A stretch of DNA of 64,000 nucleotides, taken from Hemiscyllium ocellatum (lineage: Eukaryota). How positions within the stretch are numbered: position 1 is the first letter of the stretch; each line of letters opens with the position of its first letter. A program made the translations under genes and the position numbers. The stretch covers positions 32,338,117 through 32,402,116 of the forward strand of contig NC_083410.1 of assembly GCF_020745735.1 (NCBI RefSeq). The letters run 5' to 3'. Below the pieces are notes generated by a model that saw only the letters and a list, made by a program, of their open reading frames with translations, did not search any database and was not told the DNA's origin. Positions 51,213 through 64,000 of the stretch are shown in pieces.

Positions 51213-51439
51213 CGAGAGTGTGGTGTTGGAAAAGCACAGCAGGTCAGCCAGCATCTAAAGAACAGGAGAATTGACGTTTTGGGCATAAACCGTTCATCAG
51301 GAATCACAGAATCGATGTTTTGGACATTAGCCCTTCATCAGGAATAGGAATGTTCCTTGGATATTGCCTGACCTGCTGTGCTTTTGCAGCACCACACTCT
51401 CGACTCTGATCTCCAGCATCTGCAGTCCTCACTTTCTCC
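51213..51439. mobile_element. Penelope-derived inverted-repeat insertion with two tandem hammerhead remnants
   Basis: 15-bp TSD TAGTAAG(A/G)TTAGATT at 51198-51212 and 51440-51454; TTCATCAGGAAT occurs twice (CTGATGA on the minus strand); the arms are inverted. Confidence 0.88.
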
Positions 51440-51514
51440 TAGTAAGGTTAGATTACATGGTATCCAGGGAGAACTAGCCAATTAGATACACCATAACCAA
51501 TTGGATACACCATA

Positions 51515-51800
51515 GCTCGGTGGTTAGCACTGCTGTCTCACAGCATCAGGGACCCACGTTCAATTCCAGCCTTGGGTGACTGCCTGCATGAAGTTTGCAC
51601 AGTTTTTCTGAAGTCTGCATGGGTTTCTTTCCATGGTAAGGTGGATCGGCCATGCTAAATTGCCCATATTGTCCAGGATGTGCAGGGTAGGTGGATTAGT
51701 CATGGGAAAAGCAGTTTATGGGGATAGGGTAGGGGGGGTGGGTTTGGCTAGGATGGTCTTCACAATGTTGGCATGGACTGTAGGATTCTATAATTCCATG
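51515..51800 (+). mobile_element. HE1-related SINE nested in CR1
   Basis: GGTGGTTAGCACTGCTG..GTTCAATTCC head and HE1 core. Confidence 0.85.
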
Positions 51801-52302
51801 AAAATTAGCTTGACGGTAGGAGACCGAGAATGGTAGTGGAAAGTTGTTGACCACTGGTGTGGCACAAGGATCAGTGCTGGGTCCATTGTTGTTTGTCACT
51901 TAAATAAATGATTTGGATGAGAATATAGGAAGCATGGTTAGTAAATTTGCAGATGTCACCAAATTTGGTGGTATAGTGGACAGTGAAGAAGGTTAACTAA
52001 GAGTACAGCAAGATCTTGAACAGCTGGACCAGTGGGCCGATATGTGGCATGTGGAGTTTAATTTAGATAAGTGTGAGGTGTTGCATTTTGGTAAGACATA
52101 CCAGGGCAGAACATACACATTTAATGGTCGGGCTCTGGGTTGTTGAACAGAAAGACATAGGGGTTCAAATGTACAGTTCCTTAAAAGTAGCAAAACAAGT
52201 AGACAGGGTGGTGAAGAAGGAATATCGCACGCGTGCCTTCCTTCTTCAGAGCATTGAGTATAGGAGTTGGGACATCATGTTATGGCTGTCTAAGACATTG
52301 GT

Positions 52303-55300
52303 ACTAATTTAAATCTTTGAAAGCTTACCCTGAGTGTCGGAGCCCTCCATTTTTGTTTTCAGCAACAGGAAGAGTGAAGCTTGGACTAGGGCCCCTTAGA
52401 GAAAGGTGAGTCACTAATTTAAATCTTTAAAAACTTACCTCAGAGAGCAATTGTTTTTGGGAAAGGAGGGACTTTTATCCCCTCAGCTATATAAGTGAGT
52501 ATTTTCTAAACACAAGACCTTACCTTTGTAGGGCTTCCCACCCTTCTACCTCCTCTAACCTTAAACACCAGGGACACATCAGGTAAGCTTCTCTTCTTTT
52601 TTACCTTCTGATAAAGGGAGAAGCAGGGATGGCAGTGCAGGAAGAGCAATGTTCCTCCTGCATGATGCTTGAGGTGAGGGACATCATTAGTATCCCATCC
52701 AAGTACATCTGCAGGAAGTGCACCCAATTCTTGCTCCTCCAAGACTGCATTAGGGAACTGGAGCGTAGCTGGATGAACTTCAGATCATTGGGAGGCAGAG
52801 TCTGTGATTAATAAGAGTTGCAGGGAAGTAGTTACTCCTCGGCATGAAGAAAGCTGGGTAACTGTTAGAAGGGGGAACAAATCAGTCAGTGCAGGGATCC
52901 CCTGTGGTCGCTCCCCTGAAAAACAAGTATACCATTTTGGATACTGTTGGGGAGATGACTTATCAAGAGCATGCATAGGGGTGCAGGTCTTTAACACAGA
53001 ATCTGTCCTCTGTTGCACAGAATGGAAGGGAGAAAAGGAAGAGAGTGTTAGTCATTGGGAACTCAATAGTTAGAGGGTCAGTTAGAAGGCTTGTTGGGAA
53101 TGAAAGAGACTCGGGTTGATGTGCTGCCTCCCAGGTGCCAGGGCCCGTGATGTCTCGGATTGTGTCTTTGGAGTCCTGAAGGGAGAGGGTGACCAATCCC
53201 GAGTCGTGGTCTACATAGGTACAAATGACATAGGTAGAAAGAGAGATAAGGATGTAAGGCAGGATTTCAGGGAGCTAGGGTGGAAGCTGAGAGCTAGAAC
53301 AAACAGAGTTGATATCTCTGGTTTGTTACCCATGCCACATGACAGCAAGGCAAAGAACAGGCAGAGATATCAGCTGAACAAGTGGCTGCAGGGATAGTGC
53401 AGGAGTGAGGGTTTCAGGTATATGGATAATTGGGGATCATTCTGGGGTGGGTGGAACTACAAATAGGACAGACTTCACTTGAACCAGAGGGGTACTAATA
53501 TTCTGGGTGGGAAATTTGCTCGTGCTATTCAGATGGATTTAAAGTAGCTCAGCAGTAGGATGGGAATCTGTTGTGCAGTTCCAGTACACAGGAGGATGAG
53601 GGAGGACATGGACAGGATTTCATAATCACAGGAGTGTGCTGGCAGACAGCAAATTGGTTTGAAGAGTATCTACTTCAATGCCAGAAGTATCCAGAATAAG
53701 GTAGGTGAGCTTGCAACATGGATATGTACCTGGGACTTCGATGTTGTGGCCATTTCAGAGACATGCACAGAGCAGGGTCAGGAATGGATGTTGCAGGTTC
53801 CAGGGTTTGGATCTTTCATTAAGGTCAGGGAAGATAGTAAAAGAGGAGGAGGTGTGGCTTTGTTAGTCAAGGACAGTATAACAGTAGCTAAAAGAACTTT
53901 TGACAAGCACCAGTCTACTGAGGTAGTATGGGCTGAGGTTAGAAACAAGAGAGGAGAGGACACACTGCTGGGAGTTTTTTATAGGCCTCTGCAGAGTTCC
54001 AGGAATGTGGAGGAGAGAATTGGCAAAACAATTCTGGGCAGGAGTGAAAGGAACAGGGTGGTCATTATGGAGAACTTCCCCAACATTGACTGGAAATGCT
54101 ATAACTCTAGTATCAGTTTTTGTCCAATGTGTGCAGGAGAGTTTCCTGACACAGTTTGTCAAAGGGCCGACAAGAGGGGAGGCTACACTGGATCTGGTGC
54201 TTGGTAATGAACCAGCCAAGGTGTTTGATTTAGTGATAGGTGAGCACTTTGGAGAGAGTGACCATAATTTGGTTACGTTTAGTTTAACGATGGAAAGGGG
54301 TAGGTACATGCTAAAGGGCAAGAATTATAGATGGGGAAAAGGCAATTATGAAGTGATTCGGCAAGACTTAGGAGGCACAGAATGGGGTATCAAATGCAGG
54401 GGATGGGGACAATCAAAATGTGGAGCTGGTATAAAGAACAGATATCGCGTGTCTTTGATAGGTATGTCTGTCTCAGTCAGGGAGCAAGTGATAAGGTAAG
54501 GAAACCATGGTTTACTAAAGAAATTGTATCTCTTGTTAAGTGGGAGAGGGACGCTTATGTGACTTTGAGACAAGATGATTCAGATGAGGCGATGGAGACT
54601 TACAGATTAGCTAGGAAGGATTTAACGAGAGAGTTAAGAAGAGCAAGGCGGGGTCATGAACAGTCTTTAGCAGGTAGAATAAAGGAGAACTCTAAAGCTT
54701 TATAGATATGTAGGAATAAAAGGATGACTACGGTAGGAATAGGGCCAGTCAAAGACAGAAGTGGGAAGTTGTGTGTGAACCCTTTGGAGATTGGAGAGGT
54801 GCTAAATGAATATTTATCATCTGTTTTCACTCAGGAAAAGGAGAATATTGTAGAAGAGCAATATGGGCTATTAGACGTGAAAGGATTGAGGTTAGTCAGG
54901 AGGAGGTGTTTCCAATTCTAGAATGTGTGAAGGTAGATAAATCCACTGGGCAGGATGGGATTTATCTGAGGATTCTCTGGGAAGCTAGAGAGAAGATGGT
55001 AGAATCTTTGACCTTGATCTTTGAGTCGTCATTGTCTACAGGTTTAGTACCAAAGGACTGGAGGATTGCAAATGTTGTGCCCTTGTTTAAGAAGGGCAGC
55101 AGAGATGACCCAGGTAATTACAAACCAATGAGCCTTATGCCTGTTGTAGGAAAAGATTTGGAAAGGAGAATAAGAGATGGGATTTATAATCACCTAGCAA
55201 GCAACAATTTGATTGGAGATTATCAACATGGTTTTGTTAAGGGCAGGTCATGTCTCACAAACCTCATTGAGTTTTTTTGAGAAGGTGACCAAACATGTGG

Positions 55301-56425
55301 ATGAGGGTAAGGCAGTTGACGTGGTGTTCATGATCGTCAATAAAGCCTTTCATAAGGTCCCACATTGTAGGTTATTGGAGAAAATGTGGAGGCTTGGGAT
55401 TGAGGGTGATTTAGCAGTTTGGATTAGAAACTGACTTTCTGTAAGTAGGTAATGAGTGGTGGTTGATTGAAAATATTCTGCCTGGTGTCTAGTTCCTAGT
55501 GGTGTGCCACAAGGATCTGTTTTGGGACCACTGCTGTTTGTCATTTTTATAAGTGACTTGGACGCAGGCATAGGTGAATGGATTATTAAATTTGTAGATG
55601 ACTCTAAAGTTGGTGGACTGGGTGGACAGTTTGGAAAAATGGTGCAGGTTGCAGGGGGACTAGGATAAACTGCAGAATTGGGCTGAGAGGTGGCAAAGGG
55701 AAGAATAACAAGAAGGCAGAATATTGGGTCAATGGAAAGATTCTTGGGAGGTTGGATGTGCAGAGAGATCTTGGTTTCCATGTACATAGATCCCTGAAAG
55801 AAGGTCTACGGTGTGTTAGATTTTGCTGGTAGAGGGATTGAGTTCTGGAGCTGTGATGTCATGCTGCAACTGTACAAAATGCTAGTGCAGCCTCATTTGG
55901 AATATTGTGTACAGTTCTGGTCGTCCCATTATAGGAAGGATGTGGAATCATTGGAAAAGGTGCACAGGAGATTTACCAGGGTGTTGCCTGGTCTGGAACA
56001 AAAGTGTTATGAGAAAAGGCTGAGGGTCTGTTCTTATTGGAGGGAAGAAGGCTAAGAGGGGATTTAATAGAGATGTACAAGATGATCATAGGATTAGATA
56101 GGGAGGACAGTGAGAGTCTTTTTCCTTGGATGACGATGTTGGCATGTACAAGGGGGCATAGCAACAAATTGAGGGGTGATAGATTTAAGACAGATGTCAG
56201 AGGCAGGTTCCTTACTCAGAGAGTGGTAAGGGCGTGGAATGCCCTGCCAGCCAATATAGTTGACTCAGCCACATTAGGGGCATTTGAACAGTCCTTGGAT
56301 AAGCATATGGATGATAATGGGATAGTGTATAGGGAGATAGGCTTAGATTATTTCACAGGTCGGCGCAACATTGAGAGCTGAAGGGCCTGTTCTGTGCTGT
56401 ATTGTTCTATATTCTATGTGCTATG
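52303..56425 (+). mobile_element. Near-full-length CR1 LINE (5'UTR, ORF1 from 52629, ORF2), frameshifted
   Basis: ORF1 CSSCMM..CRKC zinc finger, coiled coil and SGNH esterase motifs (VIGNSIVR, IGTNDI, DRLHLN); ORF2 YFNARSIQNK, VAISET, LDLVL, SDHN, QHGFVKGRSCLTNL, QGSVLGPLLF; (TTCTATR)n tail. Confidence 0.95.
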
Positions 56426-56427
56426 GT

Positions 56428-57106
56428 AGAGTCATAGAGTCATACAGCATGGAAACAGATCCTTCGGTCCAACTAGTCCATGCCGGCAATATTCCCAAAT
56501 TAAACTAGTCCCACCTGCCTGCATTTGGCCCATATCTTTCCAAAGTACATGAATACCTTTCCTATTCATGTACTCATCCAAATGTCTTTTCAACATTGTA
56601 ACTGTTTCTGCATCCACCACACCTTCTGGCAATTCATTTTGCACATGAACCACTCTCTGTGTAAAAAAGTTGCCCCTCATGTTCTTTTTAGATCTTTCTC
56701 CTCTCACCTTAAAAATAGGCCCCTGAGTTTTGAACGGTCTCACCTTAGGGGATAAAAAATTTTGCTATTCACATTATCTATGCCCGTCTGATTTTATAAA
56801 CTCCAACAAAGTCACCCGTCAACCAATGAGAAAAGTCCCAGCCTATAACTCAAACCCTCCATTCCTGACAACACCCTGGTAAATCTTTTCTGAACCTTCT
56901 CCAATTTAATAATATCCTTCCAGAATTGCACACAGTACTCCAGAAGTGGCTTCACCAACATCCTGTACAACATTAATACAACATCCCAACTCCTATATTC
57001 AAAGGTCTGAATAATGAAGGCAAGCACGCTAAACATCAACCCTGTCTATCTATGATGCAAGTTTCAAAGAATTATGCACCTGAACCCCTAGGTCTCTCTG
57101 TTCTGC
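56428..57106 (-). mobile_element. CR1 3' fragment
   Basis: LYRMLVKPLLEYCVQFW, RGNFFTQRVV; CTCTATGACTC tail at the left end. Confidence 0.92.
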
Positions 57107-57526
57107 AAGGCCACCTTTGAAGTACTGTGTACATTTCTAGTTCCTCTACAATAGGAAAGATGTTAATTAACTGGAAAGGGTGCAAAAAAATTTTATAAGC
57201 ATGTTACAAGGACTGGAGGTGTTCGAGTCATATGGAAAGGCTGGATTGGCTGGGACTTTTTACGCTAGAGTGTAGGAGGTTGAGGGGTGACCTTAAGAGA
57301 TTTATAAAATCGTGAGAGGCATAGATAAGGTGAAAAGCAAAGGTCGTCTTCCAGGGTAGGGGAATCCAAAACGAGAGGGTTAAGGTGAAAGGAAAAAAAA
57401 TTAAAAGGGGCCTGGAGAGCAACTTTGTCACATAGAGGATGGTGCATATGGGGAACCAATTGCCAGGCGAAGTAGTGGACGCAGGTATAGTTACAACATT
57501 TGAACAGGTACATGAATACAAAACGT

Positions 57527-57799
57527 TTAGATTAGATTCCCTACAGTGTGGAAACAGGCCCTTTGGCCCAATCAGTCCACACCGACCCACCCCTCCTCTG
57601 ACTAATGCACCTAACACTATGGGCAATTTAGCATGGCCCATTCACCTGACCTGCACATCTTTGGACTGTGGGAGGAAACCCACGCAGCCACTGGGAGAAT
57701 GTGCAAACTCCACACAGACAGTCGCCAAAGGCTGGGATTGAACCTGGGACCCTGGCGCTGTGAGGCGGCAGCACTAATCACTGAGCCACCATGCCACCC
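57527..57799 (-). mobile_element. HE1-like SINE nested in CR1
   Basis: Minus strand GGGTGGCATGGTGGCTCAGTG..GGTTCAATCCC; AATCTAATCTAA tail. Confidence 0.92.
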
Positions 57800-58289
57800 A
57801 AATGCAGGCAAATGAGACTTGTTCAGATTAGGAAATCTGGTTGGTGTGGATGAGTTGAACCGTTGCTGGATGACTACAATTCTACAGTTTCTGTTTAGGT
57901 CTCTGATGCTTCTCTTCTCTCATTTTTCTTAAAAGTAGCTGATTATGTATAAGATTGATTTTTTAAAAAAGTAATTACAATAAAGTGCAAAGATTTGATT
58001 TGATTTATTATTGTCACATGTTCTGAGATACAGTGAAAAGTATTGTTTTGTGTTCTAACCAGACAACTCATACCTTCCACAAGTACACCAGGATAGTAGA
58101 ACAGAATATAATGTTACAGCTACCAAGAAGGTACAGAGAAAAATCAACTCTGAGAGGTCTGTTCATAAGTCTGATAGCAGGGAGGAAAAAGCTGTTCTTG
58201 TTCTCAGTAATTCCTCAGTAACTAATAAATAAAATACAATAGTGATGGTATCATAGGTGATTTACTGTTGCCAGACACCAAGGTGAAAC

Positions 58290-58790
58290 AGACTGAACAC
58301 ATCTGTGTTTGCAATTCAAGGAACTTTGAATCTGATTTGAGGAGTTGGAATCTGAGCAGCAGATAATAGGAAGGGAGAAAGTTACCTTAACACTTTTCTC
58401 TGGGAGATGACCATGCCCATCTGATTAGGCAGTTCAAATTTGGCCTGTGATCAGAGACAGGACAGTGTGACTGTAGATAGGCAGGTATGGGAATCAAGGA
58501 AATAGTGTTTGAGGAATCTCAGCCCTGACAATTGTCCAAAGGTTATGAGGTTCTTGCAAGTTGGATGGATGAAAGTAGGGACTGCTGGAAGGATGAGCGA
58601 ACTGACCACGGCACCATGTTACAGGGCGCCATTCATATGAGGCAAGAAAATAGGAATACAGTACTGGTTGGAGACATACAATCAGGAGTGGATATTGTAC
58701 ACTGCAACGGTGAGCATGAATCCCGGAGGCTACATTGCTTGCCTACTGTTAGAGTTTACAACATCTTCGCAGGGCTGAAGAAGGCTTACA
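58290..58790 (+). mobile_element. Decayed CR1 ORF1 remnant
   Basis: LSKGYEVL, VLVGD, RRLHCLP resemble CR1 ORF1 esterase N-terminal motifs. Confidence 0.6.
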
Positions 58791-61074
58791 GAGAACTTTA
58801 CTCTGAATTGCATTGGGAGATTTGGAGAAACACACTGAAGGTCTGTTAGAAAGTTCGTTGGACAAATTCTAATGTAGAATTTTTTTGTGAAAAGGCAATT
58901 GGTGCTGAGTATTTGTTTTCTAATGGTACAAAAATCATACAGTCAGATGTTTGCTTCTCACCAGGAAAACAATCAATTTATCCCTCCAAAGAATCTCTCT
59001 GAAAATGCCAACAAATATCAGGGCATAAATATTAGGAGAGAGAACACCAATTGAATTTATATTCAATAATTAGGGTCCTGAGGTCAGTTTAGCAATGCTT
59101 TCTGAAGTAAGCTGACTGGGAATTGAACCCAGGCTTATTAATAAGTACCTTCACTAACCGAAGTGCTAAGGCTCTGTGTGTTCTCATATCTTGCTGATTC
59201 CATCCTCTTGAATCAGACCGAAAATGGCTTACTCATTCCAGTATTTGCTGTGTTCCAAAGCAGCACATAGCTCTCGGATTTAAGTAGTAATATCCTGTTT
59301 TGAGATAATTTTGTCAGAGTCAGAATTCATATAATGTATCTGTATTAATCAAAAAAACATACTGGGCATAATTTTCTCAGTTCCTGGAGGTGGTGAGAAG
59401 GGGAATAATTAGGGTCAGTGGCCCTTCTCACCACCTTGCCAATTAAACACTGAGTGAGAATGTCCACTGGTGACTTTCTTAACTCACTAGTATTGAGGTC
59501 CGTAAATGGTCAGTTAATGAACAGTTAAGGGCCTCAATTTGCCACCTCCCTAATTACCTATTTTTCCAAGAAGCAAGCAAAGCGGCAGTTTTCCTGACTG
59601 GATTACTAGGGTAATTCGTCACCCAGATTAAATTGGGGGTTCTTCATTTGTCACAACCAGAGGCCAATTGAAGGCATGAATGAGCTACAGCAATGTTTTC
59701 TCTTAAATGTCATCCCCTGATCTTTCATCTGACTGCCCTGGCTTTCCTTTCTCTGCGGTTCCCACCCTGTAAGAAGAAAAATAAAGAGATCTGCTGCTTC
59801 ACTATTGGATTCCTGGAAGAGTAGGCCTTGATAGACAGTCATTAGGACCCAGTTACTGCAAGCCTCTGATTGGTCAGGAGCTTCTGAAGACAGGAACGCC
59901 ACTGTGGAATGCTGTGATAGGCCAAGAAGCTTGCTAAAGCTTGTCAGACAGCACTTAACAAGTTGACTGGTGGGGGCCAGTGAATGAGTCAAAACCTAAT
60001 ACACCCACTCCCACATTTAGCCTCAAAACAGGAATCTCACAGCCAATATAAGTCTAATGAGTCTTTGCTGCAAGTTTTACTTTGATGTAGAAGGCTAATA
60101 TGTGGCATTTAAGCTCATATTTCACCTAGATGCAACCTAAATGGCAGATGCACCAGAAAGATACCTGGCAACTGTGTTCTTCAAAGTAATTTTTGGAAAG
60201 TTAATAAACATCCTGCTCCTGTGAAAGAAAACCTCTGTTACTTACTGATTCATCTGTGAACAGTGACTAATTGATTTTTCAAATATCACATTTAATACTT
60301 CAGACATTTTCTGCTCAAGTAGAATCCATTGGATCTGTCAATATAAATTCTGGTGTAGTAATGGAATAAAGCGTGGAATTGTCATTTCATTTGCCTTCCT
60401 TGTTTCTCCATGCATTCATCTCATACTGCAGCGTTATTGCAAAGAAATTTCCATCCAGAACCCTTTGCTGCAAATGTAATTGCATTTGAAAATAGGAGTT
60501 TTCTCAGGGAGTAAACAAAAGTCTTGTAATGTAAAGAAGGAAAATCTATACATTAACATGTAGCAAAGCACTAATGAAAATGTTCATGAAGCAAAGAATT
60601 GAAACAAAAGTATCCAACAAGTTAGGAAATCTCCTCTATAACATTAAGTAGACAACTTCTAAAGAACAATCCAATAACCATGTGCCTGTATTAAATGGGT
60701 GAACTACTCTAAGGCAAACAAAGCAGGACAAAGAGCATGAAACCTGGAATGGAATTCATTTGAATAAATATAGAGGTTTAATCAAGCTTGCATTGGTTGA
60801 CAATACATGCTCTTAACATGAAAATCATTTTACTGCCAAATGCAATCGACTGCAAATCGGGCACGCTTGGATATTGCGTTAAGCATTTGGAGCGCCTAAG
60901 AAATATTTCTCTAAGTATTAGTGAAACATTAGAGATTTGTAACAGTATTCTTCTTAGACTTTGAAAACAGTCTACTGTTTCAAAATGTTTTGATGCATGA
61001 CGTAAAGTCGGCTTGGCAACAGTTGAATGCTCAGTTTATGAGTGGAATATCCAGTGACCAACAACTACTTATCT

Positions 61075-61310
61075 AAAAGCAAAATATGATGAATTCTGGA
61101 TGTCTGGAATAAATCATAAAGTGCTGACAAAATTTAACATGTCTGGAACCCTCTATGGAGAGAGAAACAATATTAATGTTTCAAGTTGAGCATGACTCTT
61201 CTTTGAAATGCATATAACATATGGGAGTTCTGGACTTAAACCATTAATTTTGTTTCTCTGTCCACAATTGCTGCCATATCTGCTGATTTTATCCAGCATT
61301 TTCTCTTCTT
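61075..61310. mobile_element. Old Penelope-derived palindromic element
   Basis: GGAGAGAGAAACAATATTAATG is inverted relative to CATTAATTTTGTTTCTCTGTCC; single arms of the same family lie at ~22110-22245, 31060-31140 and 44990-45075. Confidence 0.55.
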
Positions 61311-61770
61311 ATACCAACAACTACTTGACTCGCCATTTGGCAATATAATCTGGTGCTGATGTTTTTCTAAAAACACAAATTCTCTTCTTCTCTTTCCTTT
61401 TCAATTACTTTTCATTCTTGAGTTTGCTGTGCAAAGGCAGGTCCAAACCACAGTGCCACTATCTCCACCATGGGTAGGGCAAAAAGACAAATCCCAGCAA
61501 AGATGGGTATCAAACCCCATGCTGTTGACACCAATCTGATCCACCCTGGCCATCCAACCAACCAATTGAACTACTTCACAGAGTCTGAGTTGCAATGGGA
61601 ACATGCACCTGTACATGTCACTGCACTGCAGAGCTATGAGTAGTAACGGTAGAGGCTCCCCAGCTTTCTTTTCATTCTTGACTGACCTGGAAATATTAAC
61701 TTTGTATAGTTTTCCACAGATCTAACTGATTTTCAGCATTTTCTGTTTTGTTTTGTTTCCTTTGCATCAG

Positions 61771-61933
61771 GTCAGGAGTCACATGACACCAGGTTATAGT
61801 CCAACAGGTTTATTTGAAATCACAATGTTTTTGAAGTGCCGTTCCTTTCTCAGGTGACTGTTGGACTATAACCTGGTGTCATGTGGCTTCTGACTTTGTC
61901 CACCCCAGTCCAACACCAGCATTCTCCACATCA
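61771..61933. mobile_element. Penelope-derived short element (second family), inverted-repeat structure
   Basis: CACATGACACCAGGTTATAGTCCAACAG is inverted relative to CTGTTGGACTATAACCTGGTGTCATGTG; approximate TSD TTTG(C/T)ATCAG on both sides. Confidence 0.8.
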
Positions 61934-62879
61934 TTTCTTTGTATCAGTAATGAATCCAATCACTGGAGAATTCATATATGACTGCAGTTTTGTTTGGATT
62001 CTTGCCTTTCCTCTTGCATTCAGCTCTTTCACCGTAATCTGAGTCAGGGATGTGCATGGTTCTGACAGAACTGAAATTGAGCATTTGAGAGCAGGCAAGG
62101 TAACTTATCATGCAAGTTTCCAGATTACTGTAAAAAACTAAACTGCTTGCTAATGGCTCACTGCAGAGTATTTTTGTTGTTGTTCCAGCGAACATTTAAT
62201 AAATTGTTAATCAAAACGTTTCCTGAATAATAAATCACCAACATAAGCCATTGAACAACTCCTCAATCATTTGCTCTGATGTATTTAATGGATGATGTGC
62301 TTCTGTCTCATTTTATTCCTTGCTTCTCCCTCTCATGTTGTTATTTTGTCCTAAATAGCTTGTCATGTTTTAGAGTTTTTTTGGTCATCATGGAAAGCAT
62401 TTGGGAATGAGTTATCCTTAAGTGTTGAATTTTAAAATAAAGTCATTTAGTAAAGGTTTACAAAGCCACTTGCTAAAACCACTCAGAAAAAGGATTTATT
62501 TGGTAACAGGCCAAACATCAAAATTGTGCATTACAGTCAGATGAGCAGGTTTATGCAATGTCACTGCTCACAATCTATTTCAAGCTGAGACAACATTGCC
62601 TCATCCCTAGTCCATTAAAGAATGAAAAAAAGCAGAAAACTCTGGAAGTATTCAGCAAGCCAGGCAGCATCTATTGAGAGAATGGTAACTTTTGGTATAA
62701 GATTGTTCCTATTTGTTTTCACAATAGTACGAAATGTGATGGTGGAGTGAATTGGGTCTTAATGTGCCTGTTTTGTGGCTTACACAGGACATATTTCATG
62801 AAAATGAAAGGCTTTGGGCTGAACTAATGGTGGTATTTATAATTGTAAGAGTTTTGAAGCAATATGTAAGATAGTATGC

Positions 62880-63175
62880 ATCCACTTGTGGGAAGGACAA
62901 GTGCCCATTGATATAAAATGACTGCTGAGACATCAAATAGACAACTTGGAAAAAATTTCCTGACACAGAGAGCATTGAAAAGGTGGAACTCTAACACAGC
63001 GGGCAGTTCAGTCAAATGGATATATTTCAGAGGATGCTAATAATTACCTGAGGGAAAAAGAAACGGAGGATACGCTGATAGAGGTAGATGAGGAAGAATG
63101 GGAGGAGGTTTGAATGGGTCATAAATGCAAATTTGGGCACTTGAAGTGAATGGCCTGTTCCTCTGCTGCACTTTT
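62880..63175 (+). mobile_element. Decayed CR1 3' end
   Basis: KFPDTESIE..WNSN remnants of FFTQRVV..WNSL. Confidence 0.55.
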
Positions 63176-64000
63176 TCTGGATTTTTGTAGATTAGATCAT
63201 TTAAATATATAAGAGAGGCCTAACACTGGTCTCAGCCCTATCCCCATTTCCAGAATTCATTTCCTCAGAGCCAAGGCATGCTGTATTCTTCAACAACTTA
63301 ACCAGCAATTCTTAAAGGAGCCTCTCTAAGAGCAAAACCTAAGATGTGTTTGGTGCAATGGTGATCTTGTTTAGAATGGCTTGATAGGATGATGCTGTGG
63401 TTGGTGGTTCGTGTTTAGTGGCTTTTCTACTTAGCTGGTAAGTGAAAGTGATTTTTGATTTCTTTCCATTTAGACCATTCAAATATTTGAATGTATTAGT
63501 TTGGTTCCATTGGGAATCATGGGGTTACCTCTTTAATAAACAGTGGAAACAATAGTAAGAAAGAATTCATTGACAAAGTGTATGCATATTGGATGCTGAG
63601 AAACAACTAGGTAAAAATGTATTCAATATTCTCAAATAGAAATAGTGATTACATGGATAAAAATTAATACATAAGACCACTTACTGAGAGAACAACAGAA
63701 TCACAAGAGCTGAGTTTATCTTTTTTGATGGGAGTTCTACCAGAAGTGAATCAGACAGAATTTCTGGATGACTTGAAGTTGATCCTAACAAATATTCTAT
63801 GTCAGATTACTTCAAATTTTCAGAAGAAATTGTGATTAACAGCAAGGCTTTTGCATGTGTTGTCATATAAAGTCAATAGATTCTTGATAAACAACTGGGT
63901 AAAAGGTTATTGCTGGAGCAATCAGGTCAGCCATGCTTTTAACGAATGTTTGATCAGGCTTGAGAGGCTGAGTGACCTACTCTTATCCTAATTTCTATGT

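Larger units (their letters stand above)
51090..57885 (+). mobile_element. Host CR1 LINE RT-to-tail, split by five nested insertions
   Basis: [11 protein letters not shown] at ~51120, KFAD at ~51945; breaks at KTLV (52302), resumes at RPPLKYCVHF (57107); tail at ~57880. Confidence 0.85.

Noticed and set aside
52629-56381. Active CR1 element
   Set aside because: Both ORFs are broken by many stops and frameshifts
62024-62099. Possible exon with a good acceptor and an AAG|GTAACT donor
   Set aside because: Stops in all three frames; could only be non-coding, and nothing else supports it

Overview
Repeat-rich vertebrate DNA, inferred to be from a cartilaginous fish (shark/ray) because it is dominated by HER1-like CR1 LINEs and HE1-like SINEs. 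I found no convincing host protein-coding exon, and nearly all listed ORFs are decayed transposon frames or their antisense shadows. The window holds two near-full-length CR1 elements (~23.7-28.2 kb minus, ~52.3-56.4 kb plus), many CR1 fragments and three SINE families. It also holds Penelope-like (GIY-YIG) elements with minimal hammerhead ribozymes, and fossil Gypsy, GalEa-like Copia, RTE and Harbinger pieces. The standout is 3200-4700: a ~237-bp solo LTR (CATC TSD) whose single 15-bp site GACACTCCTGTTCTT was hit twice by polyA-primed insertions. One insert is a Tx1-type 5'UTR/ORF1 fragment and the other is a full-length RPS25 mRNA copy. This leaves three copies of the 15-mer, with both inserts in sense directly behind the LTR CCAAT/TATA-like region. 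It suggests a sequence-specific Tx1 retrotransposon that targets an LTR promoter and also deposits host mRNAs there in trans. All family assignments come from motif recognition, not database searches, and the boundaries of decayed repeats are approximate.
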